From Basidioascus undulatus (lineage: Eukaryota), in NCBI GenBank assembly GCA_000826855.1, contig JTLS01000005.1:1-61495 (forward strand): a stretch of 61,495 nucleotides of DNA, written 5' to 3'. Under the pieces are notes generated by a model that was not told the DNA's origin, made no database searches, and saw only the letters and a list, made by a program, of their open reading frames with translations. Below are positions 50,887 through 61,495 of the stretch, piece after piece (position 1 is the first letter of the stretch; every line of letters starts with the position of its first letter). The translations under genes were made by a program, and so were the position numbers.

Positions 50887-52921
50887 ATGACTGTTCGGTG
50901 CGTCTCAACACGCGTCCATCCCAACCGTTGATAACGGCACTCACGGAGCCACTCGCGTGCCAGCGCGTCCGCCGCGTTTCTGGTCGGCGGCATGCTCCTC
51001 ACGGGGTGCATGAACAGCTTGCTGAACAAGTATCAGGTGTGTTAATTTCTCTGTATGGTTGTGGAGCGGGAGATTGAGCGTGTGGGATGGGGCAGGACAT
51101 GCAATGCGTCGAGAACTGCGACGATCCCGACCCCTCGAAGAGGGAGTACTTTGAGCAGTACGTCCTCACTCGCGCCGGCAGCTGTGCGTTAACTCACAGG
51201 GGCTTCTCTTTCAGGCCGGTCTACCAGACCGTCAACATGTTCATCGGCGAGATGGGCTGTTCGTCCTCTTCTCGTCCAGCGTGTCCCCACAGGGGCTGAC
51301 ACGCGTTTCACTAGGCCTGATACCCATCTACCTCACGATGCTACTTTCTTCCCCGCTGAATCCACTTCGCGCTAAGGGGAAGGCTCCACAACTTCCCACA
51401 GCGACGACAGACGAGGAGGAGGAGGATCTCATTGAGCGGGAGGACGGGGCAGGGAAGGCGGCGGCGGAGGGCGCGAAGGAGATGAAGGATTGGAGTCTGA
51501 TGTGGTTTTGGGTCCCGGCACTGTTCGACATCTGGTGAGTCTCAGGTCTTTCGGATTGGATTGAAGGGTGGTGGCTGATGGTGCGATCTGGGCAGCGGGA
51601 CGACTCTGATGAACATCGGCCTGATCTACTGCGAGGTGTCGGTGTACCAGGTTTGTCTTTCCTCATCAGTACCGAAGTGAGCAGTATGCTTATATTGACC
51701 ACCAGATGATCCGTGGAGCGCTCGTACTCTGGGTCGCCCTTCTCTCGGTCATCTTCCTCCGGCGGCGCGTGCACGCCTTCCAGTGCGTGTCTGCATCTCC
51801 CATTCTCCACAACCCGCGCCGACACACAACATCACTTGCAGATGGGCCGCGCTTCTCCTTGTCATGCTCGGCGTGTGCCTCGTCGGTCTCTCCGGCGCCT
51901 TGTACAAGCGCACCATTGGTATCGAGGAGGTCGACCCTGAGACGGTCGTGAAGGGCAAGATGAACCCCGCCTTGAAGACGGTCGTCGGTGAGCATTACGC
52001 AGAGTGCGAATGGCATGCATGGGAAGATGGCTGACGTTTGCGCGTTGTAGGTGTTCTGCTTGTGCTCTTTGCTCAGGTCTTGTGAGTTCAGCAGTTGTGC
52101 CCTGACGGGCCGAAGCAGGCTAACATGTCATGTGTCTGCCAGCACCGCGTCCCAGTTCGTTGTTGAGGAGAAGATCATGGTGCACTACGCTACTGTCGAC
52201 CCTCTCGTAGGTCACCGTTCCTCCTCCCTGTACCTTCCTTCCCTTACCCGCCTCGCCGCTCGTAGCTTGCTGTCGGCTACGAGGGGTTCTTCGGCCTTCT
52301 CACCTTGGGACTCGTCACGCCTTTCCTCTACCTCCGCTACGGTTCCTCGGGCGAGCGGAGCTTCTTCAACCTTCCTCAAGGGTGGCACGAGATCACCTCG
52401 AACAACCAGCTGATCTGGTCGAGCTTCGCGATCTGCTTCTGTGCGCACAGTCTACAATCCAGGCGAGCGAGTGGTTAGCTGACAAGGTGTTTAATTAGCC
52501 ATCGCGTTCTTCAACTATTTCGGTCTCTCGGTGACCAGGACGATCAGCTCGACCGCGCGCTCGCTCATCGACACCTGCCGTACCATCGGCATCTGGATGG
52601 CTTCCCTTGCTCTCGGGTCTGTCATCCCACACCGCGCGCTCTTCCTTTTCCGATCTGACATAGCGGTCATTCTACAGATGGGAGACTTGGCGCGGTGTAT
52701 TCTCCCTCGCCCAGCTCGCCGGATTCGGCCTCCTCGTCTGGGGCACCTTTATCTTCAACGAGCTCGTCACGCCTCCGCCCTTCTTCCCGCCAGTTCCCGC
52801 ATCGCTCGACCCCGCGCTGCCGCCTATCTTTGTCCCGGACGACGAGGAGCGCCATCTTGCTGCGGGGGCTGAGACGGACCCGTTGCTCGGAGAGGATGAG
52901 GAGCAGGAGCGGCAGACGTAG
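50887..52921 (+). CDS. SLC35F6-like DMT-superfamily (nucleotide-sugar transporter-like) membrane protein
   Basis: MLLTGCMNSLLNKYQDMQCV; FEQPVYQT..MFIGEMGC; PALFDI.GTTLMNIGL; YQMIRGALVLWV; QFVVEEKI; VGYEGFFG; FNYFGLSVTR..STARSLIDTCRT. Confidence 0.9.
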
Positions 52922-53425
52922 GGGATAGGGCGTGTGAGACGATGTTTCGAGAGGATGTGGAGGTTCTTCGTTTCTTAGTTCAGAGATCACGGGTACGCGT
53001 TCTAGGAGGTATACCTGTTATTCTCCAAATTCTACGATGTACTACTATTTTTCGAAAGCACTTCAACTTCCGGAAAGAAGGCCCGGAAAGTCAGAGTGGC
53101 GTACATGATGTAACTCAGTGATCAATTCCCTACACAAGATCCAGTGCATTAAAGATGCAACAATGACATGAATATGTTCTGTCTCGATGTTCAGACTTGC
53201 AAGGTGCAGGCAGGGTGTAAATACAGATCTGGATGTACAGATCTGGACTGGTCTGGACGATGCGTCTCTACGCAAGTTGCTGGCCGGCGCTCGGCCGCCC
53301 TGTTGCCGAAGAAAGCTCTCGCGGGGAAACTGCTCGCACGCCAACGTGTACCTTGTTCTAGCATTGCTACCTTCTCCTCGCGAACTGACGAATACCTACT
53401 TGGTTCCTCTGTCAAAACTCACGGG

Positions 53426-55693
53426 ATGAATATCGAAGAGTCCGTAGACATCGCTCACCTTCATCAGTCCTGACCGACACTGATCTGGATTCGAACCCGC
53501 TCTCGTCCATTCGATTGCGGTGTCCGTAGGTTCCGCAAAGCGGGCTACGCGGCTATAGACGCCATTTGCGATTATTACAGCTCTCTCGATGAGGTCCATG
53601 TAACTGCTCAGGTCGAGCCTGGCTATCTCGCGAAGCTGATCCCAGGTGCGGGTCAAGCCTTTCAGTGGTCGAGTGTCTCGAGCTGAACCTCTTCCCCTCA
53701 GACCACGCGCCGGATCAGGGCGAGAAATGGGAGGACATCGCTAAGGATTTCCAGAGGGTCATCATGCCAGGTACGCCCGTGTGCGTGCGTGAGATCGATC
53801 AGATTTGGCGGCTTACGACGACTACTCGTCCCCGTGGGGCAGGCATCACGCATTGGCAGCACCCGAACACGTACTTCTACTTCCCGGCCAATGTAACGTA
53901 CGAGAGCATTCTGGGAGAGCTCATGGCGACGAGCGTGTCAAACCCGGGCTTCAACGTCAGTTCATGGCCCCTTCAAGCGCCGCCGATGTGTCTGACAACG
54001 TGTTCTGTGCAGTGGGCATGCAGCCCAGCCTGCACCGAGCTCGAGAACGTCGTGATGGACTGGGCGGCTAAACTGTTCGGCCTCGACGAAACTTTCCTTT
54101 CCGTCTCACGTGTCGGAGGCGGAATCATCCAGGTGCTTATCACTCAGCATGTGTTCTGCGCCCTCCACTAACGTCTTCTCCCGACCCCAGGGTTCCGCCT
54201 CAGAAGCGGCCATCGTCGCCGTTATCGCCGCGCGGGAGAGGGCGCTCCGCCTGCTCGCTACCGCTCTTCCCGACACGCCCGCGACGACGCCCGGCGAGCT
54301 CGCTGCACACACCCGCGCGGCTCTGACCGGAAAGCTCGTCCTCTATGCCACGACGCAGACGCACTCGCTCGCTGCTAAAGCCGCGCTCATCCTTGGTCTT
54401 GAGTTCAGGGCGCTCGAGGTCTCGAAGGAGGATGGGTTCGCCCTTCGAGGCGAGACGCTGCGCAGCGCGCTGGAGGAGGACAAGAGGAAGGGCAAGGTCA
54501 CGTTCTGCCTTAGTGAGTGTCCTGTGGTGTGGTCGTATGCGACGTTGCTGACGAGCGTTGTGCAGTTGCTACCGTTGGCACAACCTCTAGCGGCGCGGTA
54601 GATAGGCTGGACGAAGTAGGCGAAGTTGGTGCGTGTACACGTTGACACTTCAGCGAGCGCAAGCACTGATAGTTCGTCCCAGCGCGCGACTACCCTCACT
54701 TGTACATCCACGTGGACGCTGCATGGGCTGGCGTAACCCTCTCATGGTATCTTTTTCAGTTACTATCGCTTCAACAACGCTGACCCGCTGTCATTCTCTC
54801 CTGCAGCCCAGAGTACCGTGAGAGGGCTCAGCTGGATTCGATTAACAAGTACGCGCACTCGTTCTCCACGAACTTGCACAAGTGGGGGCTTGTCAACTTC
54901 GAGTTAGTCGGAAACTGCCAACTTCCGCGCCCCTTGTATTAAATTCTCTTTCTTGCGCAGCGCCGCCTTGCTCTGGGTCCGCGACCGCCGGCTCCTGACG
55001 GACGCGCTGGACGTGACTCCCGAGTTCTTGCGGACGAAGCACGGCGATGCTGGGTGAGTCCCGAAGCTTTTGCTTCCCATGCAGCCGAAGCTGAAGACGT
55101 TTCATTCAGAACGGTCATCGATGTATGTCGTATTTTGATCTCCCAAGATGTCCAGGTGCGGCGATGCTAATCCATAGTTTACGTTTTGCAGTACCGCAAC
55201 TGGCAGCTTTCCCTCGGTCGCCGCTTCCGTTCGCTCAAGGTCTGGTTCGTTCTGCGCAGCTTCGGGGTCACCGGTTTCCAAGCACACATCCGGAAGGTGA
55301 GCGTCCTCCGTGACGCCGTTCACGGTACTGCCAGCTGACGAGCTCCATAACAAGGGCGTCGCACTCGGCCAAGTCTTCCTCTCCTGCGTGCAGCAAGACC
55401 CGCGCTTCGAGATCTGCGCGCCCCCGTCCTGGGCGTTAACCGTCGTGCGGCTCAACCCGGACCCCGCAGCCAAGCGCTCGGCCGACGACCTCAACAAGCT
55501 CAACCAGCACTTCTACGCGCTCCTCACCGCGCGACACGACATGGCGCTCACCCAGACCAAGCTGCACGATACCTTCTGCATTCGCTTTGTCGTTGGCGCG
55601 CCGCGCACGCAGGAGAGGCATGTGCGCCAGACGTGGGAGCGGATCCGTGAGACGGCGGATCGGGCGATTGCAGACTGGGAGAAGGGACTTTGA
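53426..55693 (+). CDS. Group II PLP-dependent aromatic L-amino acid decarboxylase family enzyme; probably an aromatic acetaldehyde synthase (Phe in the catalytic loop)
   Basis: [53 protein letters not shown] (PLP Lys); [30 protein letters not shown]. Confidence 0.93.
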
Positions 55694-55993
55694 TGAGTAG
55701 ATGAGACGGGACCATTGACGTCGGATTAGAATGAACACGGCGGATCGATCGGATAGACATTGGCGAAGGCATGGGGTGGACCATCCGATCGAGCATCTCC
55801 GCGCTTTTAGACGAGCAAGAGTGAGCACGATGAGCCCCGAGAAACGTCGTATCCCCCTTGGTGGTGTCGCCGCGCATACAAGCGCCGATCGAGCGACGTC
55901 AAGCCGGAGGATGAGAAAGTAATGTCCGTTGAAGTAGAAGGCCAGCAGCAGTTCGAGAAATGCGGGTTCGAGATGCATGCAAAGCCCCCATCC

Positions 55994-56402
55994 TCATCGC
56001 TTCTTCCCCATCTGTGACCGACGGCCCTGGCCTGAAATAGTCCACTCCTCTCATCAGCGCCCTGCCCATGTACCGCTTTCCTCCGCTCCGCCGTGTGCGC
56101 GACTCACCCTTCTTCGGCGGCCCCTTGCCTCTCCGCTTCTTCGCCTCCACGTCCGCCAAGCGCTGCGCCTCCTTCGGCGTCACCCAGCTCTTCGGCAGTC
56201 CGAGGTCGCGCTTGATCTGGCCGATGTTGGGGAGGGGCGGGTAGTAGCGCAGCATCGAGGGCCCGACGAGGCGCTGCTTGAGGTACTTGGCGCCAGTGCG
56301 GACGTTCTCGGGGTTGAACGTCGTGCCGAAGATGGTGGAGCGCGTGCGCAGGACTTCAAGCGTCCGCTTAATGGACGGCACGGCTGGCGGCCGGAGAGGC
56401 AT
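55994..56402 (-). CDS. RSM27: Mitochondrial ribosomal protein mS33 (Rsm27)
   Basis: IFGTTFNPENVRTGAKYLKQRLVGPSMLRYYP..KRRGKGPPKKG|QGRRS. Confidence 0.92.
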
Positions 56403-56644
56403 GGCGAGGATAGGCGCTGGGATGTGGTGATGGTACGAGGACGAGATGAAGGGAGAAGACGCCGGTTGACCTGAGCTGCTGAGTCAGCATCGCCTGGACG
56501 AGCGAGATACAGCGACATTCGCCGTCCTTTCGTACCATCACCAGCATCCGGTTTTTATCTCTGTGCGGCTAACATTCAACCGCCGAAATCCTCCTTATTT
56601 TAACTGACTATTTACTCACACGCTCCGAAGGACTCGCCCTGTGC

Positions 56645-57831
56645 ATGCGCCGGCTCTTTTCGCGTCTCCCTCTTCGTCGACTCACCTATTGCACTGTCTC
56701 GACCGCGATCGCATCCGCCTCAGTAGTCTACGCTCTTGAAAAGCCCGTTCGGACGATGACCGTCGAAGCCCCTCCCCAAGTCTCTGCGGCCGAGGCGAAC
56801 CGGGAGCACTATGACGCTACGGCGAAGGAGTATGACCACAAGCACTTCGCGCTCGAGGGCGCGGCGAAGGCTGCGCAGAGCATCTTGTCCCGAAGCGATC
56901 ATTTTGTCCTGGGAGAGAGTACGTAAAGTTTTGAAACATCACCTGCATATGGCGTGAAAGCTGATTGTGCTATGTTGACGGGCAGAGATCGACGTGATGG
57001 ACTACGCATGCGGCACTGGCGCAATCTCGGAGAGCCTGCAATTCAACGCTCACTCCATTCTTGGTCAGTTATCTGCAGACTTTAATAAATTGTTCTACGT
57101 TAGTCATTGACTGTATCCCGCATCAACCGACAGGCGTTGACATCTGCAAGTCCGCTGCTCTTTGTCCTCACAATCGTTAGTCGAGCTCGCTGGCTAACCT
57201 ATCTCTCTTCCCCTTATTTACTCCAGCTCAGAAGATGGTCGATGAGTACAACTCGAAGTTCCAGTCGCGCGGCGTCAACCCATCTCGATTGCGCGCGGTC
57301 GCAGCGGACCTCCAGCGGGATCCTTCACCTCTGGAGGGGCGAACGTTCGACGTGATCGTTGTGCGTCTCCTGCACTAGTTCACGGTTCCTGGCGTCTGAA
57401 AGCTCACCCTTTCGACGCCGGTACAGTGCGCGCAAGCTTATCACCATTTCGACTCGATCGAGCAGACGACCCAGACGTTGGCGAAGTTCCTGAAACCGTG
57501 CGTATTCTCGAGGATCTGTCCGCCCAGTGTCAAGCTCATGGATGCGCAAGCTTGGCGCTCTAGTGAAGGCGAGCTTCTCGTCGTCGACTTTGCCTCCGTC
57601 CCCTTCTCCACGTCCGAGCACCTGGCAGCATCCCAAGCTGCCGCAGCGGGCCTTCCACGCGCACCGCCGGAGCACACCGTGCCGCACCAGCATGGCTTCG
57701 ACCAATCGACCATGCGCAATGCGTTCGAGGGTGCTGGCCTTGGCGACTTCTCGTACCGGCACGCGTTCACGCAGGAGATCGGCGGGAAAGAGCTGCCCTA
57801 CTTCATCGCATTGGGGGTGAAGGGGGCGTGA
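56645..57831 (+). CDS. Class I SAM-dependent methyltransferase
   Basis: NREHYD..A..YD; VMDYACGTG (motif I); GVDISQKMV; FDVIV|CAQAYHHF; LKP.GELLVVDF; HQHGF. Confidence 0.9.
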
Positions 57832-57985
57832 TTTGAAGGAGGAGCATAAAACATGCAAATGACAGCCCGACGCGGCAAATGATGATGATGAATGCGGATG
57901 CGTTGCGATATGCTAGTGATACATGAGATAAAGCACAAATATGCAGAGCAGGGAAACCAAGATCGTCTCGAGTCGTTAATAGTCG

Positions 57986-60900
57986 TCAGCCCAGCGAAAG
58001 CGCCCCTCCGTACTCTTTCTTCACCACTTCGTCCACGTCCCCCTTAACGCCCACAAACGCAGCCCACCACTCCGCCCCCGCGCCCGCTGCCTTATCCTGC
58101 TGTCCAAACCGCTCCAAGCACGTCCTCCGCCACAGCTTGAGCACGCTCGTCGCGTTCTCGAGCCCCATCACGCCGCCCCTGCTGCGGTCCACGCACGCAA
58201 GTACGTAGCCCGCGACCTTCTGCAGGTCCTTCTGCGCCGGACCGGTCTCCGCGTGCGCCTCGATCCACGCGCCCACGAGATCCAGGATGTCCGACAGCGC
58301 CTCACGCTTGTAGAGCTTGAGCGGTGGGTGGACTCGGACGACGGGGCGAGGACCTAGGTCGGGCTCAGCGGAGCGCGACTTGCCTCGCTTGCCTCCGGTC
58401 GGCGAGCGAGGGCCGGCGTTCGGACGCAGCCTGCGCTGCTCCTGCAGAACCTGCCGCCGGTCGGCCAACGGGATCGCCTCGAACACTTCGGGGTCTATGT
58501 TGAGGCGCGCAAGCTCTTCCCGAGACGCCAGCCCGCCAACGAGCTCGGCGCGAGTCGGTGAGAGCTCCCTCGTCCTAGAGCGAGAGCGCGACCGCGACCG
58601 GTCGCTTTCGCGGTCGGCCGGCTTGACGGGGCGAAGCATGGCTTGAATGCCGCCCTGCCTCGCCCTCGGCTGATTGGACGGCTTTGTTGCCTTCGTGGCA
58701 GTCTTGGCGGTGGCCGCCTTCTTGCGCGATGCCTCCGCCTCGCGCTCCCGCTTCTCCTGAGCGAGCTGCGTCCGAAGTTCGGCACGAAGCTCCGGCGGAA
58801 GCTCCTTCCAGACGGACGCGTCCACCTGGGACGGCAGAGGCTCATCGTCGTCCGACGAGCTCGACAGTCCGACAGGCACCGGCGGCGATGGTGCTCGAGT
58901 AGAAGGACCGGCCGCGACGACGGGGCCGGGTGGCGGGGGAGTTGAGACGCGCTTGCGCGCGGCGAGGATCTTGGTGCGGATGTTATCGGGCAGACCCTCG
59001 AGCGCGGCTGGGTCGAGCTGAGTCGGAATGACGATGTCGGACAGGGAAAAGTCCGAGGTGAGGGACGGCTCGACATCGGCCTCTGCCCCCTTGGCCTCCT
59101 CCGGCTCGAGGGCAGGTACCGGCGCATCGGGGCGCGCGTCGGGGCTCGGCTGATCCCCCGCCTTCAACGGCTTCTTGACGACAGGCTTGAAAGAGAGCGT
59201 TCCCTGGCCGGGTGAGGCAGCCCCGCTGTCCGCGTCGCCGCCCTCGAGCTTCGTGACCTGGAGGCCGAGGCCGCGGAGCTGTGTCGGGTCGAAGCCGAAG
59301 CTCTTGAGCGTTCGCCAGGCGGCCTCGAAGATGTACTGCGCGTCGCTAGTTGGCCCGCCACCTTTGGGCGTCAGCGGCGCGCTCCGGTTGTGCACGTCCA
59401 CGATGCCGTGGCCTGTCCCAACCGGCCCAAGAACAGTCAGCATTATGCAGGACATTCATTGCAACCAAAGAGCCCGATAGAGCGTACCGAGGAACTACGC
59501 GGGGGCATCCCCATGTCAGATGAACATCCGAGGAGGATTAGGAAAAGAATCACACACCTTGGCAGCTTCCACAGGAGCGTCCGCGTGGCGGGTCATGACC
59601 TTGAGCGTGATCGCGCGGCCCCGACACCCAATAGCCTTCATGCGCTTCGCGACTTCTCCCGCCAAGTTGCGCATAAACTTCTCCGAGTCCTCCAGACTCT
59701 CAAAGCGGATCCCATACTGCACCGCCTCCGGACACAGTCAGCTCCCAGCCCCTTCATCGTTTTCTCCAATCCCCACGCAAGACGCGGGAAACACGTACAT
59801 TAACCTCAGCGCTCACGCTTTGCCTTGCCTTCGCGACCTCCACGGCTCTCTCGTCCACTCCGCCGGCGGTATCCCAGACCGTTGCGCCGAGCTTCTGGCC
59901 CAGCACGCGCTGGACGTCCGCGCGGCGCTTCGTGGCGCGAAGCTCACCGACCGTGCGCACGCCGAGGCCGTCCTCGAGCTTGCGGCGCATCTCGCGCCCG
60001 ACGCCGGGAAGCGCGTCGAACGCGAGCGGCGCGAGAAACGTCTGCACGTCTGCCAGGCACAGCCGGAACGAACCCGCCGGCTTGGCGTGCCGCGTCGCGA
60101 GGCGCGCGAGGAGGACATTGTGCGAGATCCCGACGGAGGCTAGCCAGAGGCGGGATAAGTCAACAGTCCAAGGTCAATACGCAAGACCCGGAACGCACCT
60201 TCGCATCCGCCCGTCTCAGTGCGGATCTCCGCGCGTATCTTCTCCGCGAGCTCCTTGGCCGGGTCGCGATCCTCCCCCTCCCCGAGCGCGACCGCTGGCG
60301 GGGCCTGGGCGACGCGGCGTACGCGCTCGGTGACGTCGAGGAGAGCCTCGTCGACGGACACGGCCTGGAGGCGGTCCGAGTTGGCGAGAAGGACCTTGTA
60401 GAGCGTGACGGTGAGCGCGCGGTAGTGCTCGAACTCGTACGGCACCGTCTGGACGCTCGCGCAGAGTTGGCGCGCTTGGCCGAGGCTGCGAGGTGGAGTG
60501 GCAGGATGGTCAGTGTGGAACGTTGTCAGAGGGGTCGGGGTATGAGGGACGAGCGCATGCGCACCTCATTCCGTTCTTGATCCCGAACGAACGCGCGAGG
60601 TAGTTGCACGACGCGATCTCGGATGTGCTGCTCGCGCCGCCGCGGGAGTGGCAGACGACGACCGGCTTGTCCCGCAAGTGGGCGTGCTCGGGCAGGGACA
60701 AGCTTGCCGAGGCGAAGAAGCAGTCCCTGTGCAAAGTCATGGAAGCGTCAATTTCAACAGGTCAGTTTGACAGGGTGGTGGATCAATAATACACGCACAT
60801 GTCAACGTGCAGGATCACCCTCTCCTCACCCTTCTTCTTCTGTCCGAGGGCCACCTTCTTCTGCACGCCTCCAGGCGTGGTCGAGTCGAGCTTCTCTTGC

Positions 60901-61495
60901 GCCGCAGCAACGAGGAGCTTAAGCTCCTCCTTGGACGTCGAGAGGTAATGCAGCCTGTGCGCCCCACCTATCAGAATTAATTGCGCTTGTTTTCTTTGGG
61001 TATCCTGTGTAAAACGCACCTCGAGTTGGCGTAGTACCCATCCAGAAAGTCAGCCGATCTGGCCGTATGCTGCGCCCGCCAAGCAGCGTCCTGCATCAGC
61101 CGGCGCGCATCGGCGTTCGAGTCCTGCTGCGCGTAGCGCGCCCTGGACGGCGAGCCGCGGGCGAGAGGATCCAGTGTGACGGCGGCAGGCGACGTGGGCT
61201 TTGATGGCGGGGTGCCGGGGCGGAGAGGAGACGGTGCGGGCGAGCTGGGCGGGCGCTGGCGAGACGGGACGGGGGACCACGTCGGGGGTGTGGAAGTCGG
61301 GGCGGTGGTGGCTAGTGTTGGGGGGTCGGGCGCATGTTGGGTGGAAGGCGGGGGCGAGGTCGGCGGGCCGAAGGAGGAGGTGCTTTGCAGGGGAGGCGGG
61401 CGCGCGGATGGTTGTGTGGAGGGCGGGGCAGGAGCGGAGGGGAACGATGACGAAGAGGAGGATGGCGGAGACGCGTTTAGGGCGGTTAGGGAACG
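57986..61495 (-). CDS. REV1: Rev1 Y-family translesion DNA polymerase (5' part lies outside the window)
   Basis: SRLHYLST; ILHVDM|DCFFAS; SEIASCNYLARSFGIKNGM; VSVDEAL; SVSAEVN|YGIRF; KFLGHG; LRGLGLQVTKL; UBM-like SQVD..ELPPELR; REV1 C-terminal domain. Confidence 0.96.

Noticed and set aside
53484..53502. GGGTTCGAATCC, T-loop/B-box-like, on the minus strand in intron 1 of the decarboxylase gene
   Set aside because: The T-stem does not pair well and no acceptor, D or anticodon arm can be formed; not a tRNA.
53440..53529. Intron that begins and ends with the same octamer GTCCGTAG
   Set aside because: A short match that overlaps obligatory splice dinucleotides; too weak to infer an insertion footprint.

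Overview
GC-rich, intron-dense fungal genomic DNA, basidiomycete-like (short GT-AG introns with GTGCGT/GTACGT/GTGAGT donors and CTGAC/CTAAC branch points). About 25 spliced protein-coding genes are recognisable: a C2H2 transcription factor, Prp21/SF3A1, a sugar porter, methylmalonate-semialdehyde dehydrogenase, Per1, Rpf2, mitochondrial uL6, IF3 and mS33, Wbp1, Mcp1, a Cys-rich conserved protein, a DUF336-like protein, two Pmp3 paralogs, V-ATPase subunit a, DOPA 4,5-dioxygenase, an SLC35F6-like transporter, a group II PLP aromatic amino acid decarboxylase-family enzyme, a SAM methyltransferase and a partial Rev1. Decayed F-box/LRR and BTB gene relics are also present. Most striking: both Pmp3 paralogs appear to contain a one-nucleotide exon (CAG|A|GTAAG at 41699; CAG|G|GTAAG at 44709) that supplies the wobble base of the same Ser codon. 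Second: a DOPA dioxygenase, a transporter, a decarboxylase-family enzyme with the Tyr-to-Phe aldehyde-synthase signature and a methyltransferase lie close together and may form an L-DOPA-utilising cluster. No tRNA, rRNA, CRISPR array or intact transposon was recognised. Gene models were assembled by eye and family calls come from recalled motifs, not database searches.
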